Virus genome (UHGV): UHGV-0262451 | From: a virus | Reading direction: 5' to 3' (one strand) | DNA length: 21,762 nt | Part shown: positions 1-8,745 of the stretch, piece by piece | How the letters are laid out: every line of letters begins with the position of its first letter | Numbering within the stretch: position 1 is the stretch's first letter | Notes under the pieces: generated by a model | Database searches by the model: none | What the model saw: only the letters and a program-made list of their open reading frames with translations | What the model was told of the DNA's origin: nothing | Made by a program: the position numbers and the translations under genes

Positions 1-841
1 CTTCTCCCAAACCAAGGTATGCGAGAAGACCGGCAACATCCTTCCCACTCAAATGAGTCAGCGTCTCATCCAGTGGCTGCTTACCTGACAGCGCATTGTT
101 AATGGTGGTGCTGAATTTCGGGTCATTGTTAATGGCTGCGGCAATTTCTTTCAGTGTATCCAGCGTGGCAGGCGCACCGTTAATCAGAGCGGTGATAGCG
201 GCCTGTACAAACGCAGTGGTCGCAATCCGCGTGGTGTTATTTCCTGCGGCAGGCGTCGGCGCTTTTGGTTCTCCGGTAAATGTCGGATTATGTTTCTGTG
301 CATACTGGGTATGAGGATCCTGTGCGGCAATGTGGTTTCTCATCTGGTCATCCACATACAGCTTTAATTCCAGGACTTCATCATCCACGTATTTACGGGT
401 CGCCAGTACCACCGACGGGTCGATTTTCAGCGTGATGGCTTCGGTATTCGTGACAACCAGAATCATGCGGATAGTCTGGGTACGACCGCTGCCTTCCTGC
501 AACTGCGGTTTGTACGTTTCCGGGCAGTTCGCCACCGCAATGAGTACGCCTTCATCATCATAAAGCCCAATCTCACGGATCCAGAATCCGCCCTCGTTCT
601 CAGGGATGATTTGCTCCGCAATAATCTGACTCTGGTTGTTCGGGTCAACACTCAGAAGATTCAGCGGCGCGATGCGTTTCTGGTTAATCAGTTTTATCTG
701 TGCCGGGTCTGGTGTCGGCAAGACACCATTCGCATCACCAACGGCCATTTGCGTCAGATTCAGCTTACTGCCGAGCATCGTCGCGTTAGCCAGCCGTGCT
801 GCGCCCTGATTAGTCAGAATGGCGTAGTATTTCACTGTCAT
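1..841 (-). CDS. H: Tail fibre protein, N-terminal part (gene continues beyond the left edge of the window)
   Basis: Minus-strand reading frame open from ATG at 841-839 to the window edge; translation begins MTVKYYAILTNQGAARLANA...MAVGDANG...GGFWIREIGLYDDEGVLIAVAN, which resembles the conserved N-terminal domain of P2-family tail fibres. Start overlaps the stop of gene I (ATGA). Not in the supplied ORF track because no stop lies inside the window. Confidence 0.85.
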   Translation of the reverse strand, partial: MTVKYYAILTNQGAARLANATMLGSKLNLTQMAVGDANGVLPTPDPAQIKLINQKRIAPLNLLSVDPNNQSQIIAEQIIPENEGGFWIREIGLYDDEGVLIAVANCPETYKPQLQEGSGRTQTIRMILVVTNTEAITLKIDPSVVLATRKYVDDEVLELKLYVDDQMRNHIAAQDPHTQYAQKHNPTFTGEPKAPTPAAGNNTTRIATTAFVQAAITALINGAPATLDTLKEIAAAINNDPKFSTTINNALSGKQPLDETLTHLSGKDVAGLLAYLGLGE

Positions 842-1449
842 GCGTTTACTCTCAGGTTATCAATTAAATGAATGGCCGAGGCCGGGAAATAATCCCCTCC
901 GACAATAATGGCCTCCGGGGTGTAGGGATAAACCGTCAGGGCGTCACCGTGATAGCATCCCGCACCGGCAAAAATGTTGCCGGTTGTACTTAAACTGATA
1001 GCCAGTCCCGTCAGATGGCGGCTCGCCGGTTTTGCATCAGCAACGAGGCGCTCCAGCTCCTGATACATTTCCTCGGTAATACCCTGCTCAAGCACACCAA
1101 CAACGATGCGGAACGTCCCCGGCTCCTCATTGAGTTGCCACCACTCCCTCACCTCAATCAGATAGCCGAGCGGCTCCACCACACGGCGAATCGCACCAAT
1201 AGTGCCCTTATGGCAGTGAATGAAATACGCATCGCGGATAACAGCGCGTTTTGTCGCTTCCGGCCACTTATCATCCCAGCGGTCAACCGAAAATGACCAC
1301 GCCAGCCACGGCAGCAGATTTGCCGGGCAGGTGTCCGGGTTCCACAGCTCACGAATACTGACCGGCGTTTTTTCAATTTCCGCACAGGCTTTTGCGGCGG
1401 CAACTTCAAGCTGTGATGAGCCGGTCGGCAGCAGGCGCGAATCACTCAT
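838..1449 (-). CDS. I: Baseplate assembly protein gpI-like
   Basis: 203-aa ORF in the P2 position between J and H; start overlaps J stop, stop overlaps H start (operon coupling). Confidence 0.8.
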   Translation of the reverse strand: MSDSRLLPTGSSQLEVAAAKACAEIEKTPVSIRELWNPDTCPANLLPWLAWSFSVDRWDDKWPEATKRAVIRDAYFIHCHKGTIGAIRRVVEPLGYLIEVREWWQLNEEPGTFRIVVGVLEQGITEEMYQELERLVADAKPASRHLTGLAISLSTTGNIFAGAGCYHGDALTVYPYTPEAIIVGGDYFPASAIHLIDNLRVNA

Positions 1450-2350
1450 CCGAGCCTCCGGTCACGACGCGGTATTCGGTGCAGAAAGACGCCTGCGTAC
1501 TGTTGAGCACAATGTCGGCCAGTGGTGCGGCCAGCTCGACACGCTGCACGCCTTCCACATGCAAAGCGGCATAAATGGCAGACAGACGGATGTCGCGCCC
1601 CAGCCGGTGCTGTGCCGTGATGTACGCTTCCAGTTTTTTCACGGCAGCAGCGCGGATGGGTTCGCTTTCAGGACCAGGGTAAAGGTAAAGCGTGGCGTTT
1701 ATCTGGTATTCAACGATGGCGGCAGACTGCACGGTCACGCGGTCGGCCACCGGCCTGACGTCCTCACCATTAAGGGCGTTGCGCACCACCGCCAGCAGGT
1801 CTTCGGATGCGACACCGTTATTTTCACGTGACAGCACAGAGATGGTGACGCAGGCCGGAGACGGACTGGTGACAGAGATATCCGCGACACGCCCGTCGGC
1901 ACTGCGACCATGATACTGATAGGCTCCCACCGACCCGGCGACGCTTAAGCCCTCAAACGCCTGCTGAATACGCAGACGATAATCGGTGTCAGACTCCATC
2001 ACTGCCGGTGTCGGCGGGATGGTCGAATCATCTGCCGGGGTGATAGTCAGGCGCGTGGTGTTGTAATTGGCACCAATCACATCAAGGTCATTACCGGCAG
2101 CACAGGCCAGCATCACCGCCCGTGCGGCCTCATTCACACGCTGACGCCAGATAAGCTCACGATAAGCATTTTCCTCCAGCAGTTTGACGAGAGGCTCAGA
2201 TTCCAGCGTCAGGGTACGGGCGACCGCCTCCTGCTGGTCTTCCGGGTAAAGGGAAATCAGTGTCGCCTTGCGTTCGGCGAGAATGGTTTCAAAGTCCAGC
2301 TCCTCGACCACATCCGGTGCGGGTAGCTGGTTCAGGTCGATAATCGGCAT
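1442..2350 (-). CDS. J: Baseplate protein gpJ-like
   Basis: 302-aa ORF, same length as P2 gpJ, in the V-W-J-I-H order. Confidence 0.88.
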   Translation of the reverse strand: MPIIDLNQLPAPDVVEELDFETILAERKATLISLYPEDQQEAVARTLTLESEPLVKLLEENAYRELIWRQRVNEAARAVMLACAAGNDLDVIGANYNTTRLTITPADDSTIPPTPAVMESDTDYRLRIQQAFEGLSVAGSVGAYQYHGRSADGRVADISVTSPSPACVTISVLSRENNGVASEDLLAVVRNALNGEDVRPVADRVTVQSAAIVEYQINATLYLYPGPESEPIRAAAVKKLEAYITAQHRLGRDIRLSAIYAALHVEGVQRVELAAPLADIVLNSTQASFCTEYRVVTGGSDE

Positions 2351-2354
2351 GATT

Positions 2355-2702
2355 TCAACTCACAGGGATGGTTAACGAAAGTGGCTGGCCGGTGTCGTTG
2401 TGCTGGCCGGTTAACGTGACCGTCATTCGCCCGTCAAAACTGCGCTCAGTGGTGACAGATGACAGGGTGACGCGGGGTTCCCATTTCAGCACTGCCATGT
2501 AACAGGCGACCTTAATCTGCAACTCAAGCGCCGGGGTCTGCGGCTGGTCAATCATTGACGCCAGCAACGAGCCGTAATCACGACGCATCACCCGTGAACC
2601 GACCGGTGTGCGCAGGATATCGCCGATACTCTGGCTGATATGTTCAAGGTCAGTGACAGTCAGGCCATCACTGCGATTCATTCCGAGATAACGCGCTGTC
2701 AT
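2355..2702 (-). CDS. W: Baseplate wedge protein gpW-like (gp25/lysozyme-like fold family)
   Basis: 115-aa ORF, same length as P2 gpW; positioned between V and J; start overlaps V stop. Confidence 0.88.
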   Translation of the reverse strand: MTARYLGMNRSDGLTVTDLEHISQSIGDILRTPVGSRVMRRDYGSLLASMIDQPQTPALELQIKVACYMAVLKWEPRVTLSSVTTERSFDGRMTVTLTGQHNDTGQPLSLTIPVS

Positions 2703-3334
2703 AGAGGACTCCCGGTTGTGCCGCCGCTGTCGCCGGGGTGTTTATGGGTATGCAGTACCTTACCGTTTGATGAGAGTTCACCGCCGGTGTGTTCAATGTT
2801 GCCGCGCATCGTCCCGCCCTTCTGTACTTCCAACGTGCCGGTAATCAGCCTGTTGGTGCAGACCACCTCCGGTGTGTCCAGGGTGACGCGGGTTGATGCT
2901 TTCACCATGACCACCGGCACCGTGGCGGTAACAGAATCAGAAGCCGTCACGCTGGCCGTTTTAATTCCGCTTACCGTGAGTGCACTGGTTTCGGGTTCAT
3001 ACTCAATCACCGCCCCGTCAGGGAAACGGATATGCAGGGCATCCGCCGACGCAGACGGCGCGGGGTTATCGCCGGAATAAATCCCCGGCAGAACAAACGC
3101 CGTGTCAAGTTCACCGCCCACGGCCAGAATCAGCACCTGCTCCCCCACGGAAGGTGCCCACCATGTGCGCGAACGCCCGGCACGACAGGTCAGCCACTGA
3201 AGCCAGTCGGTGCACATGCCGCCGGTCTGCACACGGCAGCGACCGGCTTTAAGGTTGGTTTCGACGATAATGCCGGTGCGAATCATGTTGCGCAGTGCGC
3301 GCGCGAGTTCCTGGATATTTGCGAGAGTGTTCAT
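2699..3334 (-). CDS. V: Baseplate spike/hub protein gpV-like
   Basis: 211-aa ORF, same length as P2 gpV; first gene of the V-W-J-I-H late operon. Confidence 0.88.
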   Translation of the reverse strand: MNTLANIQELARALRNMIRTGIIVETNLKAGRCRVQTGGMCTDWLQWLTCRAGRSRTWWAPSVGEQVLILAVGGELDTAFVLPGIYSGDNPAPSASADALHIRFPDGAVIEYEPETSALTVSGIKTASVTASDSVTATVPVVMVKASTRVTLDTPEVVCTNRLITGTLEVQKGGTMRGNIEHTGGELSSNGKVLHTHKHPGDSGGTTGSPL

Positions 3335-3400
3335 AACGGGAAGGATGCCGCCGGGTCATACCGGCGGCAATGTAACGATGAGGTGTCGGGAATGGCACAA

Positions 3401-3853
3401 CTAACGGTCGAGGTGAGCCAGGATAATCTCTTCAATCATCTGCACATCCTCACCGGTAAAGCCGAGCAGAGGACGCGCCGGATAATCAATTTTCTTACCG
3501 TCTTTCCGGGTTTCTTCCGACAGACCGAACTGATGCACACTGGCTATTTTCGGTGACTTCCCGCCGTAAAACTCCATTGATGCCTGTTCAGGGCTGGCGC
3601 GGATATGCAAAAAACGACTGGTGATAAGTTTCGCAAACATTTTTCGCTTAACGCGACCGGTCTTTTTTCTGGCGCTCTGCTGCTGGCGTGGTGCGTAGGG
3701 TGTGCCGTCCGGGGCTTTCTGTGCCATCACCCGGCGCTGCTGACTCTGCCGCAGACGTTTCGCCAGTTCGGCGCTCAGTCGCCGACGCCCTGACGGTGAC
3801 AGCGATTCAATAAGTCCGGTCAGCCGGTCTTCAAAACGCTTAAACTCATTCAT
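3401..3853 (-). CDS. S: Tail completion protein gpS-like
   Basis: 150-aa ORF (P2 gpS size) downstream of R, overlapping the R stop. Confidence 0.85.
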   Translation of the reverse strand: MNEFKRFEDRLTGLIESLSPSGRRRLSAELAKRLRQSQQRRVMAQKAPDGTPYAPRQQQSARKKTGRVKRKMFAKLITSRFLHIRASPEQASMEFYGGKSPKIASVHQFGLSEETRKDGKKIDYPARPLLGFTGEDVQMIEEIILAHLDR

Positions 3854-4313
3854 CCCACTTGCTCACCAGTTCGCCATTGATATAAAGCTCCACCGGGCGG
3901 GTGACCGGCTCCGGCGGCGGAGGTTCCGGGATATTCTTCACATGCAGCGCGCCGTCCACCTCACTGACCAGCGTGCGCTCGGTCAGCATCAGGCTGATGC
4001 TGATATCAAAGCTGCTGTCATTGTTGATGTCTGCATAAAACGTGAAACCTTTTTTCTGGCCTTCGTCGGTGGTCATGATGTCGGGCTGATTTTCCAGCAG
4101 CCACGCCAGCACCGGCACGATGAGCAGGTCAAAATCACCGGTAAAGTCGGTCACAATCACATTGAGCGTGTAACGCTTTTCGAATGACAACGACGTCGCC
4201 AGCGTGGAGGCAATACTCCCGTTATCAACGAATATCCGCAGCATCTCGGGACTGGTTTTCAGCACCGTGACGGCATCAGTCAGAGCCCTGCGCAGGCTGT
4301 CGGGTTTGAGCAT
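3846..4313 (-). CDS. R: Tail completion protein gpR-like
   Basis: 155-aa ORF (P2 gpR size) immediately after the lysis cassette. Confidence 0.85.
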   Translation of the reverse strand: MLKPDSLRRALTDAVTVLKTSPEMLRIFVDNGSIASTLATSLSFEKRYTLNVIVTDFTGDFDLLIVPVLAWLLENQPDIMTTDEGQKKGFTFYADINNDSSFDISISLMLTERTLVSEVDGALHVKNIPEPPPPEPVTRPVELYINGELVSKWDE

Positions 4314-4566
4314 CGTTTTCGTCCTGACAGTGTTTAATCATTTTCACCTGGCTGGCACAGCGTGCCAGCGCGTTCTCAAGCTGCCGGATATCAGCACTTA
4401 AATCGCCGTTCGTCTGCGGGTCACTGCCCGGCATCGGGCAAAGGCTCACTTTCGGGCAGGCGTTGTGGACAATCACTGGCGTCGGTGCAGGCGGGGCGCT
4501 GGTGCAACCGGCGCACAGCATCAGGCAGGTCAGCGCCATACCAGCGGCGAAAATCTTCGTTTTCAT
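4276..4566 (-). CDS. lysC: Outer-membrane spanin lipoprotein (Rz1-like), embedded out of frame in the 3' part of lysB
   Basis: Within minus ORF 4276-4683 the internal start MKTKIFAAGMALTCLMLCAGC... gives a 96-aa product with a lipoprotein-type signal peptide ending in Cys; GAGG Shine-Dalgarno about 8 nt upstream of the ATG at 4566-4564. The first 39 codons of the track ORF are probably not translated. Confidence 0.7.
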   Translation of the reverse strand: MKTKIFAAGMALTCLMLCAGCTSAPPAPTPVIVHNACPKVSLCPMPGSDPQTNGDLSADIRQLENALARCASQVKMIKHCQDENDAQTRQPAQGSD

Positions 4567-4846
4567 TAAGTAACCTCGTGATGGTTTTCTCGCGCTGTGC
4601 TTCACGCTTCGCGGCGTTCTCCAGCTCCTGACGCAGTGCCACCTGCGCCAGCTCGTTTTTATCTGCCCTGGTGATGGCAACATGAAGCTGATTTTTCAGC
4701 ATGGTGATGGTCGTCTGCTGCCCGCTGGCGACACTGTTCGCCCTGTCCAGCGAGGCGCGCAGGCTGGCATTTTTGTGTTTCACCAGAAACAGACCGGCCA
4801 CCGCCAGTGATAACAACACAACCAGCACAATCATCAGCTTTGACAT
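4421..4846 (-). CDS. lysB: Inner-membrane spanin (Rz-like)
   Basis: 141-aa ORF with an N-terminal hydrophobic anchor (MSKLMIVLVVLLSLAVAGLFLV) followed by a charged, helix-prone region; P2 LysB position and size. Confidence 0.8.
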   Translation of the reverse strand: MSKLMIVLVVLLSLAVAGLFLVKHKNASLRASLDRANSVASGQQTTITMLKNQLHVAITRADKNELAQVALRQELENAAKREAQREKTITRLLNENEDFRRWYGADLPDAVRRLHQRPACTDASDCPQRLPESEPLPDAGQ

Positions 4847-5259
4847 GGTTCCCGCCCCTCAAAACGCTGACGGCAGGCCGTACGTATCAGCCGGAAGAAC
4901 ACCGACGCCACGAGATAAATCAGCGCGGTAAAAATCCACCCGGCAGCGACCAGCGAGATAAACGTCGCCACCATCACCACCAGAGCCACCGCCCGTCTGC
5001 GCCACGGCACCGGCTGCAAAAACAGCGACGTGACAATCTTCACGGCCAGCGATTCCGGCGGCAGCTCCCGCCCGTAGCGTTCCAGCACATACTCAGTGGC
5101 ATACACGCCGACACCACCGGCAACCACACAGATAACCATCGCCAGAATCGCCCAGGCAGCGACAAAACTGACGGCCACGCTCTGCGGGTAAATCAGGGAC
5201 AGTGCCAGCATCAGCGCCAGCGACACGTTCAGCATCAGTGAAAGGGATAATTTCTTCAT
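4834..5259 (-). CDS. lysA: Lysis-timing membrane protein (antiholin-like)
   Basis: 141-aa ORF made almost entirely of hydrophobic segments (several predicted TM helices); P2 LysA position and size. Confidence 0.75.
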   Translation of the reverse strand: MKKLSLSLMLNVSLALMLALSLIYPQSVAVSFVAAWAILAMVICVVAGGVGVYATEYVLERYGRELPPESLAVKIVTSLFLQPVPWRRRAVALVVMVATFISLVAAGWIFTALIYLVASVFFRLIRTACRQRFEGREPCQS

Positions 5260-5273
5260 GGTGTTTACTCCGT

Positions 5274-5771
5274 TTAAGCCGGTACGCCGCCAGCGGTACG
5301 CCAGACGGTGACCAGTTTTTCCAGTGAATGCTCACGCTGACCGTAACCGGCACCCGGCAGGGACGCCCAGATATTGCGACAGCGTGAAATGGCGCGCTCA
5401 ATGCGTCCCGCCCGGATGTCATCCAGCGCACCGCGTTCGCGGATCAACTGAATGGCGAGTCTGTCCTGTGACAACGGACTGAAATCCGGCAGGGCAAGCT
5501 GTTTGCGGTAATGCGGCCAGAACAGGTAAAGCTGCTGATAGCGACCGGAGGCCGTGGATTTTTCACCGCGACGGTTAAACACCTTCGCCGGTCGGCCATG
5601 CGCGAACGGGTGGTCACTGTAGTCGGTGAAAATTTCCGGCTTCCCGTCCAGTCCGGTGACTATCACGTCATAGCCACGGTTTTTCGTCAGCGGATGATTC
5701 GCCGTCCCTTCGGATACCGCCAGCATGTCGAGAAAGGCGGCGATATTCTGATGCGTGTTAATTACCGGCAT
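5274..5771 (-). CDS. K: Endolysin gpK-like
   Basis: 165-aa ORF (P2 gpK size) between holin Y and lysA; start overlaps the holin stop. Confidence 0.85.
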   Translation of the reverse strand: MPVINTHQNIAAFLDMLAVSEGTANHPLTKNRGYDVIVTGLDGKPEIFTDYSDHPFAHGRPAKVFNRRGEKSTASGRYQQLYLFWPHYRKQLALPDFSPLSQDRLAIQLIRERGALDDIRAGRIERAISRCRNIWASLPGAGYGQREHSLEKLVTVWRTAGGVPA

Positions 5772-6052
5772 TACGGTTTCCCCCTGCCCTTAAAGCGGCG
5801 CTGAATGGCAATCTCAATCACCTGATAACCGGCGATACCCAGCATGGAGCCGATACCGCACACCGCAGGCAGTGACAGGTCAGGAAACTGCACCAGAACA
5901 ACACCGGCAACCATCGAGACAAAACCACCGAGCAACATGCGCCCGATAAACAGACGCGGGGTGATGGGTTCACCACCGGCAAGCACCTTGCCGACAACAA
6001 TCAGCACCCCAATCATGAAAAGCGACAGGACGCTTTTTTCTTCTGCTGTCAT
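5771..6052 (-). CDS. Y: Holin gpY-like
   Basis: 93-aa ORF (P2 gpY size) with hydrophobic helices (LSLFMIGVLIVVGKVLAGG..., GGFVSMVAGVVLV...) and a basic C-terminus. Confidence 0.85.
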   Translation of the reverse strand: MTAEEKSVLSLFMIGVLIVVGKVLAGGEPITPRLFIGRMLLGGFVSMVAGVVLVQFPDLSLPAVCGIGSMLGIAGYQVIEIAIQRRFKGRGKP

Positions 6053-6055
6053 GCG

Positions 6056-6259
6056 TTACTCCCACAGATTGACAGTTTCAGCCACGGGCGCGGTCTGAAC
6101 GTCGGGCAGTTCGACGGCGGTGCCGTGCGGCAGCACCGCGCCCAGTTCAGCCAGTCCCGGATTTGCGGCGAGCACGGTCTCAACCACGCCCTCAGTGCGC
6201 CCGTAATACCGGACACAAATGGCGTCGAGCGTGTCGCCCTGTAGCGCAAAGGTCTTCAT
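6056..6259 (-). CDS. X: Tail protein gpX-like (small LysM-like protein)
   Basis: Internal start MKTFALQGDTLDAICVRYYGR... within track ORF 6056-6328 gives 67 aa (P2 gpX size); ATG at 6259-6257 overlaps the L stop (TGATG). Confidence 0.8.
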   Translation of the reverse strand: MKTFALQGDTLDAICVRYYGRTEGVVETVLAANPGLAELGAVLPHGTAVELPDVQTAPVAETVNLWE

Positions 6260-6768
6260 CAGATTTGACTCACGATGCAGCGCGGCTTGTCCTGGATACG
6301 CGCCACCGCCCAGCGCATATCCCGCCACAGCTCATCAATGGTGCTGTCAATGCTGTCAGCCTTCTTGTCGCCTTTCGCACTGGCATCCACGCCGCGATAA
6401 CGCTCATAAAGCGACGCGGTCGCCATCGCACACACGGCGCGCTCGTAGTAAAAAACTTTGATGCTTTCACCGTCGATATCGTCCGCCGGGACGTCCGCCA
6501 GACGCGTAAAACCGGCGGCAATTTTCTGTTCGCGGTACTCGTACAGCTCCGCATTCGTCTCCGCCATGCCTGACTTGATGGCCTCACGCAGACGGGCGGG
6601 GGCGACGGTCTGCTCAAGGCGCATACGTTCCCGGACGCGCTTCGGGTCGATATCGGGAAAAAAGAACGTGTTTTTAATCACCGGCTCGTCGCCTGCCGGT
6701 TGCGGGATGACCACCGTACCCTCACCGGATACAGGAGCCTCCTTTCGCGGAATAATCAGCGTCATCAT
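6259..6768 (-). CDS. L: Head completion/stabilisation protein gpL-like
   Basis: 169 aa from MMTLIIPRKEAPVSGEG...; strong SD (GAGGTGG) just upstream of the ATG at 6768. The track ORF 6259-6828 adds 20 upstream codons that are probably not translated. Confidence 0.85.
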   Translation of the reverse strand: MMTLIIPRKEAPVSGEGTVVIPQPAGDEPVIKNTFFFPDIDPKRVRERMRLEQTVAPARLREAIKSGMAETNAELYEYREQKIAAGFTRLADVPADDIDGESIKVFYYERAVCAMATASLYERYRGVDASAKGDKKADSIDSTIDELWRDMRWAVARIQDKPRCIVSQI

Positions 6769-6866
6769 GACCACCTCTGAAAAGTCGGGCGGTGGACGCC
6801 GGTACAGTGTCAGGTGATTCACCCTCACTGACCGGCGTGCCGCCCTGGCGCGGGGCGCATTCGTTG

Positions 6867-7610
6867 TTAACTGGCTTTCTTTTTCGGGCGTCCACGTTTT
6901 GCCGGTGTCACGCTCCGGGTCTTACGCGGGGCACGGGTGGCCGCTTTGGGCTGCGGCTCCGGCTTCGGTTTCAGCTCCCGCTCCAGTCGTTCAATCTCTT
7001 TTTTGACGCCTGCCTGACAGTCGAGCTGTGTCGCACGTTGCAGATGCGCCAGCGCACCTGCGGCATCACCAGCGTCACGCAGAAACAGACCGGTGATTTT
7101 GTGCAGCTTTGCGCGCACTTCATCAGGCATGTCAGCCGTGGCGGTCAGTTCAAGGGTCTCCGTCAGCAGGCGGGTATCCACAGACTCACCGGCAGCGTGA
7201 GCGCGCATGGCCGCAAGCGCCACCTCCTCGGTGAACATGTACGGCGGGGTGCGGCGGTGTTTCCCCGGCATGGCCAGACCGTACTTCAGGGCATAACGGG
7301 CAATCTCCAGCGCACCGGCAATATCGCCGGTATCCAGACGCCACAGCATGACCGTCATCAGAATGTCATCCTGTGCACCTTTGCCCTGCTCCAGCACGCC
7401 GTTCACCCACGGCAACCAGAACGGCAGCAGTTCGCGTTTTTTTGCGGCCTTCAGCTCTTTTGAATAAATCGCTTTCAGTGTGCGCTGGTCTGCGGCCAGC
7501 TTGACCAGCATCTGCTCATAGACAGTTGCATGTCGCAGCGGGGCGGCTTCCCGCTGCGCGGTCATCGCTGCCGAGACCCGCATCATGTGGCGCTGTGCGG
7601 GACTCGTCAT
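6867..7610 (-). CDS. M: Terminase small/endonuclease subunit gpM-like
   Basis: 247-aa ORF (P2 gpM size), basic C-terminal tail, between N and L. Confidence 0.88.
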   Translation of the reverse strand: MTSPAQRHMMRVSAAMTAQREAAPLRHATVYEQMLVKLAADQRTLKAIYSKELKAAKKRELLPFWLPWVNGVLEQGKGAQDDILMTVMLWRLDTGDIAGALEIARYALKYGLAMPGKHRRTPPYMFTEEVALAAMRAHAAGESVDTRLLTETLELTATADMPDEVRAKLHKITGLFLRDAGDAAGALAHLQRATQLDCQAGVKKEIERLERELKPKPEPQPKAATRAPRKTRSVTPAKRGRPKKKAS

Positions 7611-7613
7611 CGG

Positions 7614-8687
7614 TTACGCTCCCGGCTCTGCGGTCGCTTTAGCCAGTGTGGAGAAATCACCGACCTTAATTTTTTCCACCAGACAACCGGCGGCGTAGTC
7701 TTCCACCACGTAATCAATGTTCATTGACTCGTAGTTCTCCACGCGGTCGAGTTTCGGGTTTTCCTCAATCACGCGGCGATGGCTGTCATCCATGTAGTAG
7801 ATGGACAGGTTTTCCAGCTTTGTGATGAGCATCGCATCCGCCGGGAAGTACGGGACGCGTACCGCCGGCAGGTTGCCGATGCGTTTCTGGCTGATGATGA
7901 CGTCAGCGGCCAGCATTTCGCTGTTGTCCTGCTCCTTGTTGACGATGGGAAAATACTTGTCCGCCAGTAGCTGACGCCCCACAATCACCACAAGGTCAGG
8001 GTCTTCCTGATACCACGGTTCAATCAGGTTGTTGGTCGCATCCATCACCAGTGCATCAAGGCTGGCATAATCACCGCCCTTACCCACGCGGATGACCTCA
8101 GAGGTGGTGTGCCCTTCCTCGTCAGTGACCTTGCTCATCACGCGCGCCGGGGCTTCATTGCGGTATTTCTGCAGCCAGCCGACCGCCACATCCTGCAGCA
8201 TCTGGTTACTGCTGCGGTCAGAGGTTTCGGCACGCCTCACGCCGTTAAAACCGGCCATGATTAAATCAAGGGACTGGCGTTTGATAATGGCGTTACGGAC
8301 ACGGAGCTGGAAATCCTGATAACGCGCCCACAGGTCCAGCGTTTTGTAGCGGATATAAAAATCAAAGTTAATCTGGTCGCATTCGTACTTGTTTGACGCC
8401 AGCTTCGAGAAGTCCTTCGGCTGACGCTCGGTGCCACCGGCGGTGTCTGTGGTGCTGGCGATGGAGCCGGTGACACCAATACCAATTTTTTCCCCTTTCA
8501 TTTCGCTGACCGGCACAATGTTGATGCGGGTCAGAAAGTCAGAGGACTCCTGCATGGTGTTCATCAGGGTCTGGGTGACCGACGGTTCAACGGTGAATTT
8601 TTTCGACACATCACCGGCGTCGATGCCGTTCAGTTCGGCAACACGGGACAGGTAGGCATTAAATTTAAAGCGGGTTTCCTGGCGCAT
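7614..8687 (-). CDS. N: Major capsid protein gpN-like
   Basis: 357-aa ORF (P2 gpN size) between O and M. Confidence 0.9.
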   Translation of the reverse strand: MRQETRFKFNAYLSRVAELNGIDAGDVSKKFTVEPSVTQTLMNTMQESSDFLTRINIVPVSEMKGEKIGIGVTGSIASTTDTAGGTERQPKDFSKLASNKYECDQINFDFYIRYKTLDLWARYQDFQLRVRNAIIKRQSLDLIMAGFNGVRRAETSDRSSNQMLQDVAVGWLQKYRNEAPARVMSKVTDEEGHTTSEVIRVGKGGDYASLDALVMDATNNLIEPWYQEDPDLVVIVGRQLLADKYFPIVNKEQDNSEMLAADVIISQKRIGNLPAVRVPYFPADAMLITKLENLSIYYMDDSHRRVIEENPKLDRVENYESMNIDYVVEDYAAGCLVEKIKVGDFSTLAKATAEPGA

Positions 8688-8745
8688 AGTTTTTCCTGAA
8701 ATTAAGGGTTAATCGTGAAGGTTTTCCCGGACTGACTGACGCCGC

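Noticed and set aside
96-871. Plus-strand ORFs (96-314, 330-563, 611-871) and minus ORF 463-651 at the left end
   Set aside because: They lie antisense to or out of frame with the minus-strand tail-fibre frame that is open to the window edge and encodes a recognisable tail-fibre N-terminus; no RBS or operon logic supports them.
1220-1831. 203-aa plus-strand ORF overlapping genes I and J
   Set aside because: Antisense to two well-supported, size-matched baseplate genes; typical long antisense ORF in GC-rich DNA.
3032-3556. 174-aa plus-strand ORF spanning the V/S junction, and similar antisense ORFs through 3000-12400 (e.g. 6792-7463, 9801-10511, 11025-11474, 11930-12388)
   Set aside because: All sit opposite the size-matched P2 late genes, which tile the region with coupled starts and stops; they are spurious open frames of GC-rich sequence.
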